Origin: an uncultured Pseudomonadota bacterium
GTDB taxonomy: Bacteria; SAR324; NAC60-12
Assembly: GCA_913020725.1 (NCBI GenBank)
Contig: CAJWCD010000062.1
Coordinates: 1 to 20,430, forward strand
DNA: 20,430 bases
Direction: 5' to 3'
Shown one piece after another: positions 1-7,179 of this stretch (the first letter of the stretch is position 1; each line of letters begins with the position of its first letter). Under the pieces are notes generated by a model. It was not told the origin of the DNA, searched no databases, and was given only the letters and a program-made list of their open reading frames with translations. A program made the position numbers and the translations under genes.

Positions 1-1
1 G

Positions 2-100
2 GCCAAGACGGTGGCCGACCTCTACCGTCATCGCTGGAAAGTGGAACTGTTTTTTGGCATAAAAAAAGGGCTTGCCGCTCCGGAATTCCGGAATGGCTGA
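2..100 (+). mobile_element. IS4-family transposase fragment (5' part outside window, truncated at 3' end)
   Basis: Frame 2 reads AKTVADLYRHRWKVELFFGIKKGLAAPEFRNG*. YRHRWKVELFF matches the IS4-family Y-2-R-3-E signature around the catalytic Glu. Resemblance appears to stop at about nt 55, the frame stops at 98-100 and no terminal IR is seen. Confidence 0.75.
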
Positions 101-114
101 AGCCCTTTTGATGC
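57..114 (-). terminator. Intrinsic terminator (long hairpin + U7) on minus strand
   Basis: Minus strand reads AAAAGGGCTTCAGCCATTCCGGAATTCCGGAGCGGCAAGCCCTTTTTTT: GGGCTT/AAGCCC stem, perfect 14-nt palindrome TCCGGAATTCCGGA at 79-92, then T7 (A7 at 61-67 on +). T4 on the other side allows weak bidirectional use. Confidence 0.7.
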
Positions 115-249
115 TGGATTCAATTAAGCTTCCCCCTTTTCTCAAAGGGGGAAGTTCCTCAGCGGTTCGTCGTCTCTCGCGCTTGATCGGACGTGGACAC
201 GGGTACGCCGCCCCGTGTTACCACTCCCGTCTCCGGACGGGCGTGTGGG
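57..249 (-). ncRNA. Candidate structured non-coding RNA / cis-regulatory element, family not recognised
   Basis: Four hairpins (226-241, 193-224, 129-154, 57-114) plus a possible pseudoknot (205-211 with 162-170), directly after the YgiT stop codon. Strand inferred from the terminator and a GAGA tetraloop. Confidence 0.45.
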
Positions 250-485
250 TCAGGTGCTTGCTTGACCAAAGTTGACAATCTCTACGCTGATCTGTGCTTT
301 AACCGCATGTTTACTTAAAAGGTAGGTGTCCACCTCATCAAGGGTTTTTGCATGAAAGTATCTTTCTCCGCATTCCATACAGATTTCGGCATTAACATTT
401 TCAGCGATGTAAAGTTTTCCTTTTAGCCAGTGTTGGCGTTTGACTTTTTTTGTCGGGTCTCCCCATCACAAAACTCACAAACCAT
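250..485 (-). pseudogene. YgiT-type zinc-finger protein (MqsA N-terminal-like antitoxin), one frameshift
   Basis: ATG at 485: MVCEFCDGETRQK, then a shift in the A7 run (445-451), then VKRQHWLKGKLYIAENVNAEICMECGERYFHAKTLDEVDTYLLSKHAVKAQISVEIVNFGQAST*. Two CxxC pairs and the ENVxAxxCxxCGExY motif. Not in the ORF track. Confidence 0.8.
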
Positions 486-493
486 TCTACTAC

Positions 494-767
494 CTACAGA
501 GCATAAACCGTGATAACAATCGGATTTGATCCCTCACGAAACCTACAAACGACATGCACCAATCGGCCATCCATCGCTGGACCTTTAATGCGTATCTTGT
601 TCCGTGTACATCCCGAGTTAACCTCTTTTCTAAGCGACCTTTCAGAATCGCGTTCTCAATATCAATGCGTTCGAGATCATCATCCAAGCATTTCCTCCTC
701 GGCATTGGGAAGACAGGTAATAATCTCGATCAATGACCCTCTGCAGAATTCTCTGAAGCACTGCCAT
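494..767 (-). pseudogene. DUF4258-domain (RelE/BrnT-like) putative toxin, three frameshifts
   Basis: Reconstructed across frames: MAVLQRILQRVIDRDYYLSS(H)AEEEML/DDDLERIDIENAILKGRLEKRLTRDVHGTRY/(R)IKGPAMDGRLVHVVCRFREGSNPIVITVYAL*. SxHAxxxM, LxG, HVV and ITVY are typical of DUF4258, and it lies directly upstream of a YgiT zinc finger. Indels near 705, 684 and 592. Confidence 0.75.
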
Positions 768-829
768 TATACTTTACCCACTTGTCTAATTCATGCCAAA
801 TGAGCAGACACCGACAATAGCTCATTGAA

Positions 830-1255
830 TCACCCCTGCGCCCGGAACTTGGCCCGTTTCTGCTGGGCGAGTGTGGCCTGCTTGTGCTGCGAGCGCTGGG
901 ACTTGATTTGGAGCCAACCCTGCCGCAGGGTTTCGGCGATTCGGATGACATCTTGCACCGGCTGCGGATCCTTGTTCAGGTTCGCCTCAAGGATGCGCCG
1001 GAACATGTACAGGTACAAATCCCGCAAATTGCCGCCCACCTCTCCGGCTTTTTCCGCGCGCAAGGTCGAGAGCAGTTCGTTCACGATGTCCTTGCTACGC
1101 ATCAGGTAGTTGTGCGTCCCCTCGATGTCCTGCGCCTCGATACAAGTGTGCGCCTTGCGCAGGTAGCGGAGCATCCCATCGTAGAGCATCACGATCAACG
1201 TGAGCTGATCCGAGGTCTGCACACTCGTCTGATGGTAAGCGCGGTACGAACTCAT
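830..1255 (-). CDS. fliS: Flagellar export chaperone FliS (second paralogue)
   Basis: 141 aa; AY..TSVQT, LIVMLYDG, ELLSTL...GE...NL..LY.YM...L..AN and LRQGW FliS motifs. Confidence 0.92.
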   Translation of the reverse strand: MSSYRAYHQTSVQTSDQLTLIVMLYDGMLRYLRKAHTCIEAQDIEGTHNYLMRSKDIVNELLSTLRAEKAGEVGGNLRDLYLYMFRRILEANLNKDPQPVQDVIRIAETLRQGWLQIKSQRSQHKQATLAQQKRAKFRAQG

Positions 1256-1257
1256 TT

Positions 1258-1285
1258 CAGTTAGCAGTGAGCAGTTGTTAGTACT
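1258..1285. repeat. Degenerate heptamer tandem repeat in fliS-fliS' spacer
   Basis: CAGTTAG CAGTGAG CAGTTGT TAGTACT. Confidence 0.45.
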
Positions 1286-1294
1286 GTTTACTAT

Positions 1295-1741
1295 TCAGCC
1301 TTGCACACGGACGTTCTTCGGAGCGGGCATGGCTCCTGGACGTGCGGGCACGCTGGCCGCAGGTGGTTGTTTCTTACCAATGTGAACCCAAGCCTCGCGC
1401 AACTCCCGAAGCAGTTTCAGTACAGATTCTGCCGGCTTGGGATCCTTGCGCACGTTCGACTCCACGAGTTGGTTGAACATGTAGCTGTAGAGGCTTTGTA
1501 AGTTCTTCGCAATCTCACCCCCCTGTTCCATGTTGAGGGTCGAGAGCAGTTCGGTGACGATGTTCTTCGCCTTCACCAGACAGTTGTGGCTCTTCTCGAC
1601 CTCGTCATCCTTGAGGTGCTGGAGCGCGAAGTTGACGTTGCGGATCGCTCCGTCGTAGAGCATCACGATCAACTTGCCTTGGTCCATCGTGTTGACCGAA
1701 GCACGACGGTAGGCGTTCTGGTAACTCCCGTAAGCGCTCAT
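1295..1741 (-). CDS. fliS: Flagellar export chaperone FliS
   Basis: 148 aa; AYRRASVNT, LIVMLYDGAI, ELLSTLNMEQGGEIAKNLQSLYSYM, LREAW; downstream of fliD. Confidence 0.95.
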   Translation of the reverse strand: MSAYGSYQNAYRRASVNTMDQGKLIVMLYDGAIRNVNFALQHLKDDEVEKSHNCLVKAKNIVTELLSTLNMEQGGEIAKNLQSLYSYMFNQLVESNVRKDPKPAESVLKLLRELREAWVHIGKKQPPAASVPARPGAMPAPKNVRVQG

Positions 1742-1800
1742 GAGGATTCAGAGTTAATAGTAAGAATTATGAGTTGATTCATCCACTCAAAGAAAAAATC

Positions 1801-1865
1801 AGTTCCAAAGTTCCAAAGATTCTCTCGCTCCCTGGCTCAAAGCCCCATTGACTCACCGACTCACC
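1801..1865. repeat. Two exact 8-mer tandem duplications in fliD-fliS spacer
   Basis: AGTTCCAA x2 (1801-1816) and GACTCACC x2 (1850-1865). Confidence 0.55.
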
Positions 1866-1883
1866 AGCCAGCCACCATCACTA

Positions 1884-4800
1884 CTAATTATCCTTCTTTC
1901 CACCCTGCATTGCCGAAAGTTGCTGGCTGACGTAGCTCTGCTGCGCCTTGAGGCGTCCGAGTGTGCTGTCGAGCTTGGCGAACTTGCGTTGCAGTTGTGA
2001 CTGCTTGCTCTCCATGCGTTCCATGAGGTCTCCGACCTGCTTGTCATAGGAGCGCATTTGTTCGTTGAGGTCCTTGGTGATGCGCTGGAACTCGCCGTTG
2101 ATGGGGCTGGTGAACTGCTCCAGCTTGTTCCTGAGCTTGACCGCCACACCCTTAGTGATCGTCACGCTGGCTTCCAGCTGCCCCGCCTCAAGCTGGGCTT
2201 CGTTCAAGGTTACGAAAAGCCGGAGTCCATCGGCGTTGGTGTCTTTCGCCCCGGCGAGCAGTTGCCCACGCCCCAGCGCTTCGACACCATCAATCGTCCC
2301 CTCCACGTCCACTCCGGATTCGACAGTTCCCTCGTCCAGTCCGATGCTGGAGAGGTCCTTCTGCTCTCCGGGCAGCACCTCGATTTTACTGTTGCTGCCG
2401 AACGACCCGGAAGTGAAGCGCAGTGCCCCTTCATGCTCTTCCACCCGGAGGCCACGGCTGCCAAGCGTCTTGTCCTCGGCGATCTGTTTTTGGATCGCCT
2501 TCGCCAAACTCGCGGGCGTGTAGAGGTCTTCCCGCAACTCAATCGGATCGGAGGTGCGACCATTGTTCTTGACGAGCAGGGTGTTGTTCGTCTTGTCAAT
2601 CTGGATCAGCCCCGGCAGTTTCTGACCCGTGAACGTGCCTCGTGTGGGAACCCGGGTGACGTCCACCTTGTAGCCGACCGGACTGATCTGCGTCTCCTTA
2701 TTCATGCCCACATACGCGACTCCAGGATTATCCGAAGCACCTTTCGCCCGAAAGATATCCGCAACTGCCGCAAAGTTGTCCTCCACCTTCTCGCTAAGCT
2801 TCTTCTCGTCAATCGACATCACCCCCCGGTCGTTGAGGCGCAGCCCGATTGCAAAGAGCATGTTGTCGGACTGCGGCAGCCCCGCCACAGTGGCAATCGA
2901 GATCGTCGCAATCTCGTTGGAGACCGACGAGAGGTTGCGGTCACTCAAGAGGGGCGCTGCGGTGTTCGTCGACTTGTCGAACCGCGACAATTCCGTCGCC
3001 GTGGTGTTGAAGGTGTTGTAGGCATCCACGAAGTCCCGGATGCGCTCCCTCGCCTTCTCCCGGTCTCCAACCACCGAGATCGTCACCGGCTTCTCGGACG
3101 GGGCAAAGAATTCCAAGTCCAGCCCCGGAATCACGTCGTTCGCCTGATTCTTGTCACGCCGCACTTCCAGCCCGCCTCCAAGATCCGAAGCTCCCATGCG
3201 GATCACCAAATCCTTGGCCTCTCGCGTGGTCGCCGTGCGGGCTTCGATGGTGAAAGAATCGCCTTCGTAGAGTTGCCCCTCGCCCAATGACAAGGTGAGC
3301 TGGTCGTCAAACACCACCGGAGTGCCCGCTTGGTAGCCATCGCCAAAGTCAATCGCGCCGCTGTTACCGAAGGTGTCCTCCCACTTCAGCTTGAGGATCC
3401 GCGTGGTGCCCACGCTCCCACGCTTTTCCACCGTGAACATGTAGGCATTGTTCACGTCCTGCGTGTAGTTTCCGGAGATTGCGATGGCCGCCTCGCTCTT
3501 ACGTCCGCTGAGCGAGGCGATGCTGTCCTCAACGCTCAGACGATTGACGCCCTCCTGACTTTCAAGATAATCCTCATAGTCGTCAAGCTCTTCCAAATCC
3601 ACGGCACCGCCGCCTTCCCACTCCAGCACTTGGTCAACGGTTCCGGTGGCGTCCTCACCTCGAGTTTCGGCCTCGTCCTCCAGCCACCAGTACCCCTCCG
3701 GGGCCGCTGCGTACAAATCCATCTTCGTGCTTTCGCCGTCGCGCAGCACTCCGGGAGGAACCTCGACAAAGAGTCCGTGCCCAATCGGAATCTTGTTCGA
3801 GCCACCCTTTTCCCCCTTATTGAACTTCAGGTCAAACAATTCATCCCCGTCTTGCGAGTCGTAGGCGGTCGCGCTGTCGAGTCCATCGTCGTCTCCCCCC
3901 GATTGATAGGGGGCGCTCAGGCTGACCGTTCCGGAATCGCCGGATTCGGAAAACTCATAGTAGAGCGAGATGGCCTTAGTTCCTCCCACCTGACCTCCAT
4001 CCTGAATCCGGAGCGTCACGGTCTGGTCGTCCTCGCCTTCGTAGGTTCCAGTGACGTGGACACCTCCGGACTCGGTTTTGCTCTGCCAGTCGGAAGGCTG
4101 GGTGATTCTTGCTTTGCGTTCATCCCCATCCATCCACCAGAGCATCTGTGATTTCTCAGCAAACGCCTTAATCTTGAACTGATCCGCTGCGACCAGTTCA
4201 CCGTCACTGAAGCGGATCTGGACGCCGTCCACCACGTCCACCGGCTGTCCAGGAACATAGTTGAATTTGTTGATCTCGATCTTTCCTTCGCGGCCTTTGT
4301 CATCCTTCCAGCCCAGCAATACTCCGGCTTCCGAGGGAATGGTTCCGTTCCGTAGCACTGTGAACTCAATGATCGTGTCGTCCTCTCCGGTGTACTCCCC
4401 CACCACCTCCATCACGGGCGTTGAAGAACCCACGCCTCGGAGTTTGAGCTCCTGCTCAACAGGATCAAGCCCCTTCCACTCCGCCGTGGTGTCGAAGGAG
4501 TTCTCAAAGTTCGGGGTCTCCACGTCCCCTTTTTCCAGATCGAGCGTAATATTGATGCGGCTTTGCTCACCCGTGCGTTTACTCGTCAGCAGCAGCCGGT
4601 AAGGTTCATCCCCGTAAGTCTTGGCGATGTAGGCTTCCACATCCGCATCCGAATCGTTGATCGCCTGCTTGAGTGCTTTCAGCGTGTCGTTGCCCTCCAT
4701 CAGGCGGATCGTGATAGGCGTATCCTCCTCGCTGTCGCCGACCTGAAGGCGCACGGTCCCCGTGCCGATCACATCGTCCGAACTGGCAAAGCCCTGCGAC

Positions 4801-5138
4801 GAAATCTGGTGCGAGAGCGCCACAGAATCAACGGCGACTGTGTACTTGCCGGGGGTCGCATCACGCCTAGCTTTCGCGCTCAAAACCTCATCATCATTAA
4901 CCTCAACGTTGCGGGCCTCCCAGACGTCATCGCTGTCGAGCGCTGAGGCCACGCCCTTGAGCTTATCCAGCTCCGCCTTGACCATCTGCCACGCCTCCAG
5001 TTCCTCAACCTTCTCCTCCTTGCGGGCCTCAATCGGCTTGAGACGGCGCTTCTCGATCGCCATGAAGCGCTCGACGATCTCTCGCGTGTTCAGCTTCGAA
5101 CCGAGACCGGTAACGGCGTTTGGGTTGAGTTCAGCCAA
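1884..5138 (-). CDS. fliD: Flagellar filament capping protein FliD, extended (1084 aa)
   Basis: TTG start. FliD N-terminus (GLGSKLNTREIVERFMAIEK...PGKYTVAVDSVA), FliD_C region (NDVIPGL...IRDFVDAYN), C-terminal LQRKFAKLDSTLGRLKAQQSYVSQQL. Lies between flagellin and fliS. Confidence 0.93.
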   Translation of the reverse strand: MAELNPNAVTGLGSKLNTREIVERFMAIEKRRLKPIEARKEEKVEELEAWQMVKAELDKLKGVASALDSDDVWEARNVEVNDDEVLSAKARRDATPGKYTVAVDSVALSHQISSQGFASSDDVIGTGTVRLQVGDSEEDTPITIRLMEGNDTLKALKQAINDSDADVEAYIAKTYGDEPYRLLLTSKRTGEQSRINITLDLEKGDVETPNFENSFDTTAEWKGLDPVEQELKLRGVGSSTPVMEVVGEYTGEDDTIIEFTVLRNGTIPSEAGVLLGWKDDKGREGKIEINKFNYVPGQPVDVVDGVQIRFSDGELVAADQFKIKAFAEKSQMLWWMDGDERKARITQPSDWQSKTESGGVHVTGTYEGEDDQTVTLRIQDGGQVGGTKAISLYYEFSESGDSGTVSLSAPYQSGGDDDGLDSATAYDSQDGDELFDLKFNKGEKGGSNKIPIGHGLFVEVPPGVLRDGESTKMDLYAAAPEGYWWLEDEAETRGEDATGTVDQVLEWEGGGAVDLEELDDYEDYLESQEGVNRLSVEDSIASLSGRKSEAAIAISGNYTQDVNNAYMFTVEKRGSVGTTRILKLKWEDTFGNSGAIDFGDGYQAGTPVVFDDQLTLSLGEGQLYEGDSFTIEARTATTREAKDLVIRMGASDLGGGLEVRRDKNQANDVIPGLDLEFFAPSEKPVTISVVGDREKARERIRDFVDAYNTFNTTATELSRFDKSTNTAAPLLSDRNLSSVSNEIATISIATVAGLPQSDNMLFAIGLRLNDRGVMSIDEKKLSEKVEDNFAAVADIFRAKGASDNPGVAYVGMNKETQISPVGYKVDVTRVPTRGTFTGQKLPGLIQIDKTNNTLLVKNNGRTSDPIELREDLYTPASLAKAIQKQIAEDKTLGSRGLRVEEHEGALRFTSGSFGSNSKIEVLPGEQKDLSSIGLDEGTVESGVDVEGTIDGVEALGRGQLLAGAKDTNADGLRLFVTLNEAQLEAGQLEASVTITKGVAVKLRNKLEQFTSPINGEFQRITKDLNEQMRSYDKQVGDLMERMESKQSQLQRKFAKLDSTLGRLKAQQSYVSQQLSAMQGGKKDN

Positions 5139-5298
5139 GGAAAACCTTAACCTTGCGTCCTAAGAAGTTCAAACAGTCCAGCATTGGGCAAATTTTTCCC
5201 TGCCGAATTCAAGTCAACTTACTGATATTCCAAGATTCCCTCCATTTTGCCATGAGGGCGCAGAGAGAGTTGCGGAAGATTTCAAGAAACGTTCCACC

Positions 5299-7047
5299 TC
5301 ACTGCCCCACGTTGAGGAGCTGCATCACCGACTGCGGCACTTGGTTCGCCTGCGCCAGCATCGCCGTCCCGGAAGCCAGCAGAATCTGGTTTTTGACCAA
5401 GGAGCTCATCTCTGCGGCCATGTCTGTATCGGCGAGCTGCGACTCGGAGGCAGTCAGGTTTTCCTTGGAGATGCGCAGGTTGTTGAGATTGGCTTCCAGT
5501 GTATTGCGTTGGAAGGAACCGAGATCCCCGCGCATCATCGCCACCTCACCAATCGCCTCGTCAATCACCGTGATCGCATCTCCGGACTCGTCCGCACTGA
5601 GCAGGGTGATGTCGTTGAGGCTACGGAAACCGCTCTCGTTCTCCACGCTCCGGGCCAGCTCCTCCGGATTGACACTCTGGAGGGAGAACTTACTGTTCTG
5701 CACCTGATTGGGGCCGATTTGGAAGCTCAACGCATTCTGCGTGATATGGACATAGCCATCAACCGATTCGCCCACGAGGAAGTCGTTGTCCTTCTCCTGC
5801 TTGTAGAGTCCGATGTCACGATTCTCACGAGTGCTGAAGACCCGGAAGAGTTCGTCCTCAGTCGTGTTCGTGTAGCGCACAGCCACGCCTTCGATGTCAG
5901 TGCTGGGCGCGCCCATCAGCAATTGCCCTTTGCCGATGGCCACCTCGCCGCCGCCCGTTTCCGGATTGCCGCCGATGGTGCCCTCCACATCTCTGCCGGG
6001 AATCGCAGCAACGGCCGAATTCGCCGGGGCATCTGTCCGGAAGAACCCAGCGACGTTGGAGGTGATGGTGAACGTTGGCTCGCTTCCGAACTGGCGATGC
6101 CGAATGACGATCACCTCATTGCCTCCGGCCAGTTCGTCCAACCCGCCGGGTTGAGTGCGCATTTCCTCCAGCGTGTCGTTGAGCGAGTCAAAATCGGAGA
6201 GTACGACTCCCAGCATTTCGGAAGGTTGGTACACAAACACCTCCAAATCCATCCCGGTGTCATCCAGCTTGGCCTGTAACTCTCCGGCAAGGAGTTGCTG
6301 GATCGTCCGCCCCGCTCGTTCAACCGCTTCCGGTGTACCATCTTTCCCGGCCTGCCGCCGGATCTTGTCCACTTGCTCCCACAAAGTACGGTTCTCCTTG
6401 AGGTCAATCGAAGTGGTGCGGTTCCCGGTGTTGACGACGAAGGTGATGGAATTCTGCGGGTTAACATCTTGCAGCGTCAAACTGCGTGTGCTCACGAGCA
6501 GGGGCCGGGTGGCGACCTGTGTGACGTTGACCTTGTAGCCTTCCGAAGGAGAGGATTTGGAAAGCTCCGACGCGCTCACAAACTCCAGCCCATCGCCAAC
6601 GGCCACTCCGGTGGAAGCACGGCTACCATCGAGTAGAGCCTGCGTCCCAAACTGGGTGGTCATGGCAATGCGCTTCATGGTCGCCAGCAGGTTCTCCACC
6701 TCGTTCTGGTCTGCCTGCAACATCTTCTCGTCATTCGCCCCCTCGTTGGCTCCATGCACCGCAAGCTGGCGTAGATTAATGAGCATGTTGCTCACCTCGC
6801 TCAGCGCCCCTTCCGTGGTTTGGACCATCGAAACAGAGGTTTCCGTGTTACGAATCGCCTGATCAATCGAACTGATCTGAGACTTCATCTGCTCCGAGAT
6901 CACCAGTGCCGCCGGTCCGTCCGCTGCCTTGTTCAGACGACGTCCGGACGAGAGCCGCTCCAGATTCGTGGAGAGCGCTTGCTCCGTGCGGTTCAGGTGC
7001 CGCAATGCGTTGAGTGCGGCGACGTTGGTGTTGACTCGAAGGGCCAT
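5299..7047 (-). CDS. fliC: Flagellin (582 aa)
   Basis: MALRVNTNVAALNA...ERLSSGRRLNKAADGPA N-terminus; FQIGPN; C-terminal RGDLGSFQ...ENLTASESQLADTDMAAEM...AQANQVPQSVMQLL. Confidence 0.96.
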   Translation of the reverse strand: MALRVNTNVAALNALRHLNRTEQALSTNLERLSSGRRLNKAADGPAALVISEQMKSQISSIDQAIRNTETSVSMVQTTEGALSEVSNMLINLRQLAVHGANEGANDEKMLQADQNEVENLLATMKRIAMTTQFGTQALLDGSRASTGVAVGDGLEFVSASELSKSSPSEGYKVNVTQVATRPLLVSTRSLTLQDVNPQNSITFVVNTGNRTTSIDLKENRTLWEQVDKIRRQAGKDGTPEAVERAGRTIQQLLAGELQAKLDDTGMDLEVFVYQPSEMLGVVLSDFDSLNDTLEEMRTQPGGLDELAGGNEVIVIRHRQFGSEPTFTITSNVAGFFRTDAPANSAVAAIPGRDVEGTIGGNPETGGGEVAIGKGQLLMGAPSTDIEGVAVRYTNTTEDELFRVFSTRENRDIGLYKQEKDNDFLVGESVDGYVHITQNALSFQIGPNQVQNSKFSLQSVNPEELARSVENESGFRSLNDITLLSADESGDAITVIDEAIGEVAMMRGDLGSFQRNTLEANLNNLRISKENLTASESQLADTDMAAEMSSLVKNQILLASGTAMLAQANQVPQSVMQLLNVGQ

Positions 7048-7080
7048 AGATCAAACGATGAAAAAAAACTCTTGCCAGAC

Positions 7081-7107
7081 TTATCGGAACCTGAAACAAA
7101 ATCTTTA
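7081..7107 (-). promoter_or_regulatory. sigma28 (FliA)-type promoter, proximal
   Basis: Minus strand TAAA-N15-TCCGATAA against consensus TAAA-N15-GCCGATAA, 33 nt upstream of the fliC ATG. Confidence 0.8.
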
Positions 7108-7142
7108 GCGAAATCGCCCCACGAGAGGCGTTCCTAGGTGCA

Positions 7143-7169
7143 TCATCGGCATTTCCCGTAAAACCTTGA
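7143..7169 (-). promoter_or_regulatory. sigma28 (FliA)-type promoter, distal
   Basis: Minus strand TCAA-N15-GCCGATGA. Confidence 0.7.
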
Positions 7170-7179
7170 GTCACTCTTT

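Noticed and set aside
162..224. Resemblance to guanidine-III, ZTP or SAH riboswitch and HEARO/omega RNA
   Set aside because: Only short words match (e.g. CGTACCCG). Diagnostic conserved nucleotides and the expected downstream genes are missing.
72..275. 67-aa plus-strand ORF
   Set aside because: TTG start without RBS, runs through hairpins and antisense into the YgiT gene; no protein-like motif.
248..277. Extra hairpin (248-267) and TTGACA -35 box (272-277)
   Set aside because: Both lie inside the YgiT coding sequence, and there is no good -10 at 16-18 nt.
766..794. TATAAT promoter for the TA pair
   Set aside because: It overlaps the predicted ATG and has no -35 at the correct spacing.
5139..5298. 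Separate fliD promoter or fliC terminator
   Set aside because: No correctly spaced sigma28/54/70 match; only weak hairpins without a U tract.
2058..6279. Long plus-strand ORFs antisense to fliD/fliC (e.g. 2058-3290, 3330-4151, 5341-6279), and similar ones opposite atpA/atpD
   Set aside because: Shadow ORFs expected from codon bias of real genes in GC-rich DNA; no motifs.
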